Source: a virus
Virus record (IMG/VR): IMGVR_UViG_3300046314_000558
Location: 35,860 to 99,859 of that record
Strand: one strand, 5' to 3'
DNA length: 64,000 nucleotides
The translations under genes and the position numbers were made by a program. Below are positions 37,228 to 48,207 of the stretch, one piece after another. The notes under the pieces are model-generated. The model was not told the origin of the DNA and made no database searches. It saw only the letters and a list, made by a program, of their open reading frames with translations. Each line of letters begins with the position of its first letter. The first letter of the stretch is position 1.

Positions 37228-40200
37228 TTAAAATCCGCCACCGCCACCATAATCATAGTAGTACACAACCCAGTAAAATGCTAGTGTACGAAAACTGCTG
37301 GGATAGCTGGCATCTTGATTGGGAAATGTTGCGTTGATTGTGTAAGTTCCTTGAGTATAAGCAAGATTGCCTATGTTAAAACTGCCAAAACCACTTACAT
37401 CTGTGGTTATATCTGCACTTGCATTAATATAATTTGGTCCATCTACAATTGTAAACCTAACAGTGGAATTGGGTTTTGCACCGTAAATATACCAAGGCTG
37501 AACGCTACCATCGTATAAGTTATTGTAAAAATAACTATCAGACATATAAGGATAATATTGCTGCACATAGCCACAAGTAGAACTATTGGTTTGTACAGTT
37601 TCTGCGTATATGCCGCCACGACCATCATGTTTGTTTTGATATAAGTTAAACTGGTTATTACCAGTACCACAGTACTGACCGCCACTCAAAGTACCTGCAT
37701 TTTCTACAACTAATATGCGCGCACTACGAACGTGATTATTATAAGCAAATTTTACCCATAAACGCTTATCCCCAGTAGCACCCTCTGTGGTACTAATTGC
37801 CTGGTATCCAGGAATATAGTTGGTCCAATAACCATCACTATTTAAGTTCGCTGAACCTGGAAAAGTTGCTGGTTGAGGGTCCGAATTGTTGGTAACACTA
37901 AATGTAAAGGCTGAATATGGTTCACCTTGTCCTATAGTAGTAGCATAATATCCACTGGTTGGAACAATATAGTCACCCCCAGCATCACTGGCAATTGTTA
38001 CCTGTTCGTCCCACTGATTAAAACCACAACTAGCACTCTGTGCCTCTACAAGCGTAGCACTAATACCGCCCGTGCCGTTATGGTAGTTTTGGTATAGATT
38101 AAAACTGTTGACGCCAGTACCGCAGTAAAGACTACCACTTTTAGTACCTGCTGCAGGATATACGCTGGTGTCATTGATAGTCACGGAGTTTGAAGCCAAT
38201 ACTGTACCGGTTATGCTGCCTGATCTAACATCAAACGTTGCAGTTTGTGCACCTTCAGTTATCTGGTCATTGGCAAAGTAAATTCTCACACTCTGACTTG
38301 GACTAATAGTGCCGGAGTTAATTTGTCCTTGACTCTCCCAATAAGCCCCATCACCATAATCCAAATAGTACTCCGCATACGCAATATCTGCCATTTCCAT
38401 ACCAGTCAAAGTCCAGTAGTACGTACCGGTTTGATTGGTTGCAAATGTAAATAATACAGAGTTACCCTCGTTAACACTGGATACACTGCGATCTACTCTG
38501 TAAGTAGCAGGGTCCTTTGAAGTATCATTAATATACACTGTGCCATAAGTATCACGGCGTGTGCCATTGGGATAATCTAAAACTAAAGTAAAATACTCTT
38601 GTCCGTCTGGGCTGTAGTCTGGGTCAGATTCTGTTGTGTTATCTGCAACAATTTGTATGTTAAAAGAAGCAGTATTATTGTTTATTGTTAAACCATTTTC
38701 AGCACTGTTAATAATATCGGCCGATACGGCAGTTCTTGGATTAACGGCTTTTGGATATACTACTGTTTCGTTTGGTACATTACTGGTAGTTACCAAAAAG
38801 TAAGCAGTTTGACCTTCGTTTATGTATAGTGGACCTTTGGTACCGTTGCTGGCAGTAATTGAATAAGTCGGTATTTCGGTAACGGTTACGCTAGCACTGC
38901 GAAAGAATTTGTCGCCTTGTGTAAAAATCCATAATACGCGACTGCCAACACCAATGTCATAGCCTGTGACAGTGTTGCTAAAATTCCCATATCCGTCTAG
39001 TGTTAAAACTTGTGCTTCGGCAGCATCTTGATAAGCAGCCAGCCAACGGTTGTTGAATGCGTCAACTGGGTCAACACCTGAATCCAGTAAAAGCCACTGA
39101 GCAGTATCGTTTGGAATTCCGCCAGTTATCTGAATAGTAGTATTTTGATTTTGCTCAATTAGGCTGGGCTGTATAGTTACCACAGGGTTGTATCCAAAAC
39201 TCAAGTCTGTGATTGATATGGTTACTCCGACTTCGGGTCTGTTAGTAAGTGTTACAATTGCTGTTTCATTTTCTGGACTAGCATCTCTAGCAAATGTCAG
39301 TTGTATAGCAGCGGTTCCGTTTGCTCCACCTGTTCCAGCAACCGTAAAGTTTCCGCTTACTGATCCAACAGATAAGTCTGCCTGTTGAATACCGCCTATT
39401 TGATAAGGTACTACCGTTCCACTAGGTACGTTAACAGTATTTAAGTATACAAGTACGCTTTGACCCTCTTCTGGATTAGCTTTAGAAACACTAAGTGCAA
39501 AACTTTGTAGATCACTAATTGTAAATACAATAGAAGCTTTGCCATTGTTTAGTGTTACTGTGGCTGTTTCAGTGCCCTCTGATAGTCCGTCAGCTAGTGC
39601 AGTAATAGTTACTGTAGCCCGATTTCCACTAACTGTAAAATTACCGGTTAGTGGAATACTTATATCGGTACTTTGAATTCCAGTAATTGTATAAGGTACT
39701 AGTGTGCCGTTTGCTACCCCTGCCGTTTCTAGCGTTATAATAGCTACATTTCGTCTGTATAAACTGGGGTCATTTAGCAAACCTTCTTCTAAGGTTGTTG
39801 TGCTAATTCTTAAGGTGTACGAAGCAGGAAATTCTGGTGCTGTATAGCCCTGATTTAGGGTGTAGGAGTCTAGTAAAATAATTGGCTGTAGCCCTAAACC
39901 AGAAGTATTATAAAAACTAGCATTAAATAAAGATACATTGGCATTACTATTAGATCTACTAATCGCAGGCATAGCATTACGAATTTTTTGGCCAACTCGT
40001 CTATATATTCCATGATAGATTATTTCTTTGGCTATACCATCATTTCCGTCATAGTAAGCATATACAGGAAGTGCACTTGGTAACAAAAATGCAGCATCTG
40101 CTGGTAGATCTAGATCTTGAGTATCTTGACCTGGAATTGCTTGCCCCGATTGATATACGTAGTCTCTGGGATTTGGTAAATATACAAGAGGTATTGATTT

Positions 40201-40716
40201 AGGCTGAAAGTGTTTTTTATTTGAGTCATATGTACACTGCTGAGAACTGTTAAATACATGAACCCCATAACCTGTACTTAAATTAGCCGTAGGTACTGGG
40301 TCTGCTACAAATACGTATACTCGTGGCACGTCGGCGGCACTTGCTACTACAGTACTTGGTATGTACGCATAAACATCTATCCAAGGATTCTCAGCTACTA
40401 GCCTATGAGTTTTTTCTGTACGGTAGTATACAGCGCGGCTTGTATTTGGTAGCTCAATACACACGAAACAATTATAAGCAGATGGCACCGTATATCGTAT
40501 TAAATAAACGGTCCAACCTGTAGCTGATTGTGCATCAAAAGGTGTAAAAGGTGTATACGGAGTACCTTCTCCATCATACTTATTTAACTCATTACATGAG
40601 TAAGTTACATCATATAAAGCATCGGCGGAAGCTTGCCCCCAGTACCAAGGCTTGGTACTAGTGTCATCAATAATTGTTTGATTATTGTTGTTTAAAAATT
40701 TAAATCCGTAACTCAT
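37228..40716 (-). CDS. tail tip / receptor-binding protein with Calx-beta/Ig-like repeats
   Basis: MSYGFKF N-terminus; repeated (V/I)NEG...DxxTEG...IND Calx-beta-like units; duplicated YCGTG..FNLYQN..G.GG...CG module. Confidence 0.7.
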   Translation of the reverse strand: MSYGFKFLNNNNQTIIDDTSTKPWYWGQASADALYDVTYSCNELNKYDGEGTPYTPFTPFDAQSATGWTVYLIRYTVPSAYNCFVCIELPNTSRAVYYRTEKTHRLVAENPWIDVYAYIPSTVVASAADVPRVYVFVADPVPTANLSTGYGVHVFNSSQQCTYDSNKKHFQPKSIPLVYLPNPRDYVYQSGQAIPGQDTQDLDLPADAAFLLPSALPVYAYYDGNDGIAKEIIYHGIYRRVGQKIRNAMPAISRSNSNANVSLFNASFYNTSGLGLQPIILLDSYTLNQGYTAPEFPASYTLRISTTTLEEGLLNDPSLYRRNVAIITLETAGVANGTLVPYTITGIQSTDISIPLTGNFTVSGNRATVTITALADGLSEGTETATVTLNNGKASIVFTISDLQSFALSVSKANPEEGQSVLVYLNTVNVPSGTVVPYQIGGIQQADLSVGSVSGNFTVAGTGGANGTAAIQLTFARDASPENETAIVTLTNRPEVGVTISITDLSFGYNPVVTIQPSLIEQNQNTTIQITGGIPNDTAQWLLLDSGVDPVDAFNNRWLAAYQDAAEAQVLTLDGYGNFSNTVTGYDIGVGSRVLWIFTQGDKFFRSASVTVTEIPTYSITASNGTKGPLYINEGQTAYFLVTTSNVPNETVVYPKAVNPRTAVSADIINSAENGLTINNNTASFNIQIVADNTTESDPDYSPDGQEYFTLVLDYPNGTRRDTYGTVYINDTSKDPATYRVDRSVSSVNEGNSVLFTFATNQTGTYYWTLTGMEMADIAYAEYYLDYGDGAYWESQGQINSGTISPSQSVRIYFANDQITEGAQTATFDVRSGSITGTVLASNSVTINDTSVYPAAGTKSGSLYCGTGVNSFNLYQNYHNGTGGISATLVEAQSASCGFNQWDEQVTIASDAGGDYIVPTSGYYATTIGQGEPYSAFTFSVTNNSDPQPATFPGSANLNSDGYWTNYIPGYQAISTTEGATGDKRLWVKFAYNNHVRSARILVVENAGTLSGGQYCGTGNNQFNLYQNKHDGRGGIYAETVQTNSSTCGYVQQYYPYMSDSYFYNNLYDGSVQPWYIYGAKPNSTVRFTIVDGPNYINASADITTDVSGFGSFNIGNLAYTQGTYTINATFPNQDASYPSSFRTLAFYWVVYYYDYGGGGGF

Positions 40717-41024
40717 TTAGCAAATACCATTAAAATAGTTGGTCGACGCACACTGCCTGTGGTACTACTAGTATTATCCCAAATTATTTTTGGGTTTTGT
40801 CCACTCTCAATATTTCCTTGAACTAAATAAATACTGTGGTCGCCACTGGACAAGGTAAATAATTCTATGGTCATACCAGAATAAGCTGAACTTAAATTGA
40901 CTATGTTAGACGAAGTAGTAATATTGGTTGGCAAGGTAACAAACTGCACAAAAACTCCACCAGGACTGGTGGAGTCATATGCAACAGTATTATCTTGGTT
41001 TATGATTTTCATTCCATAAGCCAT
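40713..41024 (-). CDS. small tail tip protein
   Basis: MAYGMKI N-terminus, typical of genes following the central fibre. Confidence 0.6.
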   Translation of the reverse strand: MAYGMKIINQDNTVAYDSTSPGGVFVQFVTLPTNITTSSNIVNLSSAYSGMTIELFTLSSGDHSIYLVQGNIESGQNPKIIWDNTSSTTGSVRRPTILMVFAK

Positions 41025-41037
41025 AAGTTTTCTCTGT

Positions 41038-43737
41038 TTAAGTGTTAGGGTTTGTTGGTATTGTTAAGTTACCAATAATAACACGGGCTTGATTACCTGT
41101 GTATACTATAATCTGGTTATCATACATACGAATATAGTCGCCAGTTTTTACAGCACCAATATTTAACCTTTTTACATCAATTGTTCCAGTGGTAATTTTA
41201 CCACCATCAATTGTGGTAACATTAGTAAGATCCTTCTTAGCAAAGTCGTTATTGCTAAATGTAACTAGTCCATCAAAGTTTTGGTGGGTAAAAGGGCTAC
41301 TAATGTCAACGGTTTGTGCTCCGCCAAACACTGTTTCTTGTACGCTATAGCGCACAGCCCACATTTTTGTTGTAGGTTCGTTTGGTACATTAAAAGTTAT
41401 TGACCAACTACCAGGATCAGGTTCAGTTATACTACTAAAAGTTCCATTAGAGAAATCAAACCCGCTAGCACTAGGCTTAGTTGGTGGACTCGCCTGTTGA
41501 ATACTGTAATACAAGTATCCAGTTGCATTACGTAGTGGATTACCAGCTTCACCTTGTACCCGCACTGGCGTTTGCCAAGTGTATATTAGTGAATCTTGCA
41601 GACGCTTACCAAAACTTGTCCACAGTGCAGCAGTACCGCCAGCACCAGCAACGGTCGGGCTCCATCCACCAGGTGTTGTGGAACTTGCCACAGGAGTATC
41701 TGGCTGCAAATCACTACGAATGTATATCTGTGATATACCTTCGCCATTAACACCCCGCTGACCAGCAAGTGCTTTGCTGAATGTTAGAATTTTTGTTAGT
41801 GTAGTTCCACCAACAGTAGCACTAAAAATAGCTTGGGCTGAATTACCAGTAATACTATATACTGTAATATTACCAGCACTATCAATGGCGTAGCTACTAC
41901 TATTTCCACCGCTATAACTTACAGGCGCAAAAGTTACTGCTGGTTGTGTAGTACCTGATAGTAACTTGGTTCCTATTACTGCCGACAACTTACTATATCG
42001 TGGGAATTGCCCACTAAGTGGCTCCCCCGTAGAGTCGCAGCTAATAGTCTGGTTTTCGTTTGATAGGCCAACCACAAGTGAGTCGTCTCCCTCACGCAAA
42101 CTATACACACTGTATACGTCATATACGCTGTAAGTCTGGTTTTCTACAGTTTCTGTAACCACTACTCTAACTGATTTATAGCCAACAGCAGGAAAGCTAT
42201 TTAAAACAAAAGTATTGCCGTTTGCCACGCCCACACTGGGCAGAGGTACTACATCATCAACCAACCAAGTATAGGCTGGGCTTAAAAAATTGCTGGCAGT
42301 AGCTGTTAGCGTAATGGATGATTCGGTTGACTGTGTGGAATTTTTTGCTGTAATAAATGCTTGAGTTGGAGCAGTTATATCTACTACACGAGCAGTTGCA
42401 CCTGTAACGCCAGCTTTAGACTTTGCAAAACTTTGGCGAACTGTTTGCGTTCCAACAGTACCGCTTGTGGTACGATACTCTATGGTATAGTCAATGTATG
42501 CTTGGTCAGCAGTCATTGCTGCGTGCGTATCAAAGTCTATGTAATTAGGCCCAATTGTTGGGGTTGGGTCAACTGTAATACCTACACCGGCAATATTAAA
42601 AATATTCCAGGTTCCTGGGCTATCGTACGGAGACGCTTGGTCTACGCTAAGATAAGTATTGCCTTGTTTTACTTGAATGGTTGTACCACTTCCTGCATAG
42701 TTTGCTGGTACGGTGTCGCCATTGCTGGCAGCTTGTATTAAGTGCGCACTATTAGATAGCTCAACAGTTATTTGTTCTGTACCATCATTTATACGATAAA
42801 GAGTAAAGCTATCGCTTACATTACCAAGTGTGGCTGTTACAATAACTGTTCCAAGCGTTAAACCAGGCTGAGAAAACTGTGCGGCAGTTATTGTAATCTT
42901 GTTGTCAACTTGGTTAAAGTTTATTTGCGTATCGCCAGTTCCAAGCTCAACCCCAGCACGAGTATACGCTTTGGTTGTAAAAACTGGAGTACCAGTTAAG
43001 TTTGTTAACTGTGCTGTTATCACAGTATTTAGTGTTTGTGGCAGCGGAGCATCTGCATCTTTAAATACAAAACTTGAGTTTGTTGCACTCAAGCGAATAA
43101 CCGGTGCTTTTTCACCGGCTAGTCCACGATAAATATTCCACACTTGCTCAACAGTTACGCCATTAAATGTCGCAGTAAAAACAATATCTGCAGCATTTTC
43201 TTCAATGCCAGTACAGCTGTAAACACCCGTTACGGCATTTATAGTGGCACCAATCACAAAATTATTTGAGCCGGGTTTTATACCGTACACAGGACCTGCA
43301 CCAGTTACTTCTTGACTTAAGTTAAAAACCTTGAATACACCTGTGGCACGAGAAAAATCACCACCACTACCGTCTGCAGCTGTTACAATTGGTAGCGGGT
43401 CGTTGGTTAAATAACCATAAACTGTGGTATTTTCATCATACACTAGTGCTGTTATTTCTGCTGAAACTGTGTATATTGTTGGATCAATACTACTAATAAA
43501 GGCATAACGTACATAATATCGTGTATTAGTATCTAGGTCAGAGATGGTAATGGATAAACCATTACCATCAAAACCCAGTGTACCTTGTCCTGCTTGTGGA
43601 TTAAAACCAGAAGTTTTTGAATACCAAACTTTTACGGCAATTAAGTCATCACGTATATCATCTGTTCTGATAGTGTCATATGGTGTGTCTAATATTAAGT
43701 GTAGAGACTTTATGCCTGAATACAGTCGTGCTGACAT
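41038..43737 (-). CDS. central straight fibre-like protein (pb4-equivalent)
   Basis: FnIII-like N-terminus, repeated LSNENQT-type modules, C-terminal TTIDGGKITTGTI...RVIIGNL. Confidence 0.65.
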   Translation of the reverse strand: MSARLYSGIKSLHLILDTPYDTIRTDDIRDDLIAVKVWYSKTSGFNPQAGQGTLGFDGNGLSITISDLDTNTRYYVRYAFISSIDPTIYTVSAEITALVYDENTTVYGYLTNDPLPIVTAADGSGGDFSRATGVFKVFNLSQEVTGAGPVYGIKPGSNNFVIGATINAVTGVYSCTGIEENAADIVFTATFNGVTVEQVWNIYRGLAGEKAPVIRLSATNSSFVFKDADAPLPQTLNTVITAQLTNLTGTPVFTTKAYTRAGVELGTGDTQINFNQVDNKITITAAQFSQPGLTLGTVIVTATLGNVSDSFTLYRINDGTEQITVELSNSAHLIQAASNGDTVPANYAGSGTTIQVKQGNTYLSVDQASPYDSPGTWNIFNIAGVGITVDPTPTIGPNYIDFDTHAAMTADQAYIDYTIEYRTTSGTVGTQTVRQSFAKSKAGVTGATARVVDITAPTQAFITAKNSTQSTESSITLTATASNFLSPAYTWLVDDVVPLPSVGVANGNTFVLNSFPAVGYKSVRVVVTETVENQTYSVYDVYSVYSLREGDDSLVVGLSNENQTISCDSTGEPLSGQFPRYSKLSAVIGTKLLSGTTQPAVTFAPVSYSGGNSSSYAIDSAGNITVYSITGNSAQAIFSATVGGTTLTKILTFSKALAGQRGVNGEGISQIYIRSDLQPDTPVASSTTPGGWSPTVAGAGGTAALWTSFGKRLQDSLIYTWQTPVRVQGEAGNPLRNATGYLYYSIQQASPPTKPSASGFDFSNGTFSSITEPDPGSWSITFNVPNEPTTKMWAVRYSVQETVFGGAQTVDISSPFTHQNFDGLVTFSNNDFAKKDLTNVTTIDGGKITTGTIDVKRLNIGAVKTGDYIRMYDNQIIVYTGNQARVIIGNLTIPTNPNT

Positions 43738-43746
43738 AATTTTCCT

Positions 43747-46700
43747 TTATTGAATAGTCTTAATAACTATTGTTCCTAGTGCACTAGCGGCACTGTAATT
43801 ATCGTGAATATCTACTGTTCGGCACGCTACTCGGTAAGTAACCCCTATAGTAGATAATCTTGTTCCTGTAAACTCAAGTAAGTCTAATTGAGCTATTCCT
43901 GTAGACCTAACTACTTTTATCTGATTAGTTGCATTTGGTTCAATTTCCCAGAAGTCTTCAGTTCCAGTATCCCGATAAACTCTATACTCGTATGTCTTAA
44001 ACAAAGCAGTATTATTTGGAATATCGGAAAGTGCGGACATAAATAACGTATGGTTATTTAAATCAATCTCTACAGTATCTACAGTCAAAAAGTTGGCAAA
44101 AGAACCAACTGTATGTGTATATTCCTGAGACCATTTACCAGTTCTGCCGTCTTTTAATTGATACCTTAGTTTAATTTTGTAAACCTGACCGGTTGTAACT
44201 CCGCCAATATATATAGAGCCAGTGTTATAATCAGTAGTAATTATACTGGCATTAATTAGTTCCGATGTATTTTGTAAGTAGTAGCTACATTGAACTTTAT
44301 CTATTAGCTTAGGTAGTAGTTGTGCATTTGCATAACTAATTCCAATACGCTGTTCATAGAGTCCTGTACTTAGCAATCTACTTGTAGAACTATCACTAGC
44401 AATATTAGTAACTAAAGGTACTTGACTATCTACTAAACCTGTTCTTAGTTGTTCAGGTGGTAGTGTTATTTGTGACTCAAATACTACGTTTTGTGTTAAA
44501 GTTAAGTAGTCTGTAAAAATATTGTAGGTATCGGTTATACCATAATCTACAAGGGTTATTAGTGCAGATTTATTGCTTGAAGGCTCAATGCTAAGCACAA
44601 TTAAGTCTTGTGACTCGCGCTTATACTCTCCAAACAAGAATAAGTCTCCGGGCATAACTTCAGACGTTGCAGTAGTTAGTTTAACAGTTGAAATATATCC
44701 AGACTCAACATCAGTTAAATCAACTGTACGCTCTATGCTGCTTCCAGTAGCTGATCTAAAACGTATTGTATAGTTATTAGATACATCAATCAATACTGGT
44801 TCGTCTAGCTCAAACTCAATACTACTGATTGTTGTTTTTACTCTACCACTGCCTGTTCCCCATAGAGGAACATCGTGCATTGCCTTCACCCTGTCGCCCC
44901 GGTTACAGACTAGGTATTCAATATCTGAATTTAGTCTATATACTTCTGGGCGCAACTTAGCTTGGGCAAAATGCCAACGAGCATGATCTATAGCTAGCGA
45001 CTTTTTAGTGACTCCTGGTAAACTTATATTTTCAAATAACTCTGAGTTATTAGCATTTTTACCAGCATTGTAAACTATCACTTCTGCTTCTTGATAGTTT
45101 TGGTCTTCGTCATAGTAAGATACCTTTAAGCCATCCGGTAGTTTTGGTAATATCTTGGTACCTTCAAAACCCCAACTATTGTGTGGAGTAAAATGCTGTA
45201 CAATATTTGGTTTTGGTTCATCAATAACCACAGACCATCTACCATCTACCATAGCAGGACTGGCTCTACCAGCAGCACATATATCACGCAATACTTCTAG
45301 AATACTACGGGCTGAAGCATGCACGCTGTTATATTGAAAACCTTTTGTAGTACAGTACTGACTCCAGTATTGGATCTGCTGTAAGTTAATCTTTGCAGAT
45401 ACGTCACTATCTTTTATACGCTGTGGGTTTGCAGGATGCTTTAATACATATAAAAATAAATCTGCTGGATTATTGGTTGCAGCTTCTTGCCACGAAGTAC
45501 CGTTCCAAGAAGGTGCCCACGTTTGTACAATAGCATTAACGCCCTCAATCTGACCGTTTAACTGGTCGTCAGCTTTAATTTTCAGTGCGGCTGCTGCAAT
45601 CTTGCAGTTTAGCGGGTCTCTGGCAGGCGATATGTTTCTTACAAAAGTTGTTTGTAGCAGTACCACTTGCGCATAGATTTGTGATTTAGCATTTCCTGCA
45701 CCATTGGCATTACTAGTCCACTCAGCATTATCCCCGCTTTTTCTACGCACCCTAACCTGTACTTCATTGGGTGAATTTAATGCATAGAATGTTTTGTTAA
45801 TGGTAAACGCATCCTTTTTAACGGTGCCGTCACCTATAATACCATCTTCCCAAACTGTCCAAGGACCAGAACCGTCTTTAATTTGAATTTCATACTTTAC
45901 GATAGCCGACTCTTCTTTTCCAGAATCGCGACCTTCTGACTGTATTCTTCTCAAACCTTGTGGGAAGTGCAGAGATACACTAAACTGATTGATTAATACA
46001 ACATTACCACTACTATCATAAGTAGTAGGTCCGCTGCTGGTAACAATCCAAGGCCCATACTGCTGCTCTGTTAGTACAGCATCGTACTGTCCGGGACAAG
46101 ATAGTGTAAGATTTTTAGCAACCTGCTCAATATCTTTGCCGTAAATAGCATTAAAGTCTATTATTTGCTGTGGTGTTGGGTCTGTTCGGCGGTCTAAAAT
46201 AACAATTGGTTGTGGTAGTGTGTACTCGCTTAGTGCGACGTCACCAATTTTTAAGGTTGCTGTGTCGATAACCAATGGACCATATCCCCATACTAAAAGC
46301 ATGGATAAATAGCTGTCTGTATCGTTTTCGTAGCTTAGGTTGTTTACAGCCCCAAGCGGCGGAGTCATTCGCACTTTACCAAGGACAACAGGAATAGCGC
46401 CATAAGGGTTAACCTGATTTGCTCCACCAGTAACCATTAGTTGACGTTCACTCGAACCCGGGGAGGCTGGGCCACTAGGTGGTCTAATAGGTGAAATTGC
46501 ATTTATTAGCAATGAACCTGCTAGTGTTAAACCAACTGTTACGGCTGCATTTAATGCTGCTAGTGATGTAGTAACAGTAGTGCCCATAATACCGGCAGCA
46601 GCTGTGGCACTTGTAAAACCGGTTAATTGTCCAGCTAATACTGGGGCATAAAATGCTACTGCTAGTGTTAGTAGTAATCTAAATGTATTGCCTTTTCCAG

Positions 46701-47322
46701 GTACTGCTCGATACTCTACTCGATCAGTGTCTTGTAATACGACACTTTGCCATACAACTTGCGGAACTACCTTACCGTTAACAAGTATAGTAATTTTACT
46801 TGCTAGTTCAGGAGCAATTTCGTACTCTTTAAGGATCCAGTTTGATAGCTCTAAAACAGTTGTTCCTGGCAAAATTGGTACTGTAAATCTTTCTGTACGC
46901 AATGGGTGTGGTACTGCGTTAAGTATAGCACTTTTATTTTCGCTGTACTTATAGTAACCTACTATACGGCGACTCCAGCCGTGGGAGCTTAGAGACTCAA
47001 TTGCACTATCCATACCATCTCTGGCATGTAAAAAGTGTGTGTTACTAACGGTAATTCCTATATGGGATTCGTGACCCATAACATTAAATAGTACTAAGCA
47101 GCCTTCTGTTGGTTCGTCTAGAGATTCCCAACCTTCTTTGTACTGTGCAATTAGGTCTGACATTCTATCAGTATCGTCTGCTTCATACTCGCCGGTAAAG
47201 CTTGGTAAGTCTATATTATACTCTTGCTTATATACAAGACGAGCTAAACCCCAGCAATCAATACCTTCTGTAGTTCTACCTTTATCAAGGAAAGGTATAC
47301 CTATGTATTTATTTGACCACAT
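43747..47322 (-). CDS. baseplate hub / tip attachment protein with N-terminal NlpC/P60 domain
   Basis: GIDCWGL...HIGI...FLH NlpC/P60; NPYGAIPVVLGKVRMTPP; NNPAD; RGDRV TipJ-like motifs. Confidence 0.85.
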   Translation of the reverse strand: MWSNKYIGIPFLDKGRTTEGIDCWGLARLVYKQEYNIDLPSFTGEYEADDTDRMSDLIAQYKEGWESLDEPTEGCLVLFNVMGHESHIGITVSNTHFLHARDGMDSAIESLSSHGWSRRIVGYYKYSENKSAILNAVPHPLRTERFTVPILPGTTVLELSNWILKEYEIAPELASKITILVNGKVVPQVVWQSVVLQDTDRVEYRAVPGKGNTFRLLLTLAVAFYAPVLAGQLTGFTSATAAAGIMGTTVTTSLAALNAAVTVGLTLAGSLLINAISPIRPPSGPASPGSSERQLMVTGGANQVNPYGAIPVVLGKVRMTPPLGAVNNLSYENDTDSYLSMLLVWGYGPLVIDTATLKIGDVALSEYTLPQPIVILDRRTDPTPQQIIDFNAIYGKDIEQVAKNLTLSCPGQYDAVLTEQQYGPWIVTSSGPTTYDSSGNVVLINQFSVSLHFPQGLRRIQSEGRDSGKEESAIVKYEIQIKDGSGPWTVWEDGIIGDGTVKKDAFTINKTFYALNSPNEVQVRVRRKSGDNAEWTSNANGAGNAKSQIYAQVVLLQTTFVRNISPARDPLNCKIAAAALKIKADDQLNGQIEGVNAIVQTWAPSWNGTSWQEAATNNPADLFLYVLKHPANPQRIKDSDVSAKINLQQIQYWSQYCTTKGFQYNSVHASARSILEVLRDICAAGRASPAMVDGRWSVVIDEPKPNIVQHFTPHNSWGFEGTKILPKLPDGLKVSYYDEDQNYQEAEVIVYNAGKNANNSELFENISLPGVTKKSLAIDHARWHFAQAKLRPEVYRLNSDIEYLVCNRGDRVKAMHDVPLWGTGSGRVKTTISSIEFELDEPVLIDVSNNYTIRFRSATGSSIERTVDLTDVESGYISTVKLTTATSEVMPGDLFLFGEYKRESQDLIVLSIEPSSNKSALITLVDYGITDTYNIFTDYLTLTQNVVFESQITLPPEQLRTGLVDSQVPLVTNIASDSSTSRLLSTGLYEQRIGISYANAQLLPKLIDKVQCSYYLQNTSELINASIITTDYNTGSIYIGGVTTGQVYKIKLRYQLKDGRTGKWSQEYTHTVGSFANFLTVDTVEIDLNNHTLFMSALSDIPNNTALFKTYEYRVYRDTGTEDFWEIEPNATNQIKVVRSTGIAQLDLLEFTGTRLSTIGVTYRVACRTVDIHDNYSAASALGTIVIKTIQ

Positions 47323-47843
47323 TAAAATATTCCAGGAAAATATGCAGGAGAAAAACTATGCATAGGAAATGGTTCGCGCTCATAGTCTATCATAGATAAT
47401 TCTGCTACCACAGTTTGTGCGTTGTATGTAAAGCTACTAATGTAAAATCCACTAAAAGATACCTCTACACGATCTGGAGTTTTAGATAAAACTAATTCCA
47501 TCTTTATTTTTGCAGGACCAGTTATGGTTCGTATAATAGGCGTTATGTACCTAGTAACGTCATTTAGTGTAATAGAACACTTAGGGGCTTGAGCTTCTTC
47601 TTCTGTTGGAAGCGTAATTTCCATTGGCAAGAACATAAACTCTTGATTATTGCTTACAACCCCATATACTACCTCATCCGCAGTTTCACTAATACGTCCA
47701 GTAGAGTTATCTGCTAAACGTACTATTACTTCATCTGGATTGTCGGGATTGTAAACAGTAAGTAAAAATATTAAATCACTATCTGCATCAGGAGAAAATA
47801 TTGCCCGAATAGCGTCAGGCGACATTGTCGTTAAACGACTCAT
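47322..47843 (-). CDS. minor tail protein (DUF1833-like)
   Basis: FLPMEITLP...ITLNDV...EPFP...FSPAYFPGIF. Confidence 0.75.
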   Translation of the reverse strand: MSRLTTMSPDAIRAIFSPDADSDLIFLLTVYNPDNPDEVIVRLADNSTGRISETADEVVYGVVSNNQEFMFLPMEITLPTEEEAQAPKCSITLNDVTRYITPIIRTITGPAKIKMELVLSKTPDRVEVSFSGFYISSFTYNAQTVVAELSMIDYEREPFPMHSFSPAYFPGIF

Positions 47844-48205
47844 GGTAGTATCTCCAGTTGCATACTTACTGACCAGTAGTCTGGTGCAAGGTATGTAGTA
47901 TTATATAACACACCCTCTTGTTGAGTTAGTATTCGGGCTTCTACTATGAAACCAGTCCGTGGGTGTGGAAAACCAAACCTTGCAGTACCTTTTATAGTTT
48001 CAGTTGTAAAAGTCTCAAGTGTTTCCACTTGAGACCCTGTCATAATAAAACTTACTTGCATATTACTAGGCTTTTTACCACGGTAACGCTGCTTAGCTGG
48101 CCCGGAATCCATTGGTGTACGTAGCATTAGTACTCCACTTGATTCAGAGTAGCCTTTTTGAGGTGATTGTGGTAAAGTTTCTGGCCAAGAATAGTAGTAT
48201 GCCAT
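47840..48205 (-). CDS. distal tail protein
   Basis: WPETLPQ, RTPMDSGPAKQR; position after the TMP. Confidence 0.75.
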   Translation of the reverse strand: MAYYYSWPETLPQSPQKGYSESSGVLMLRTPMDSGPAKQRYRGKKPSNMQVSFIMTGSQVETLETFTTETIKGTARFGFPHPRTGFIVEARILTQQEGVLYNTTYLAPDYWSVSMQLEILP

Positions 48206-48207
48206 TA

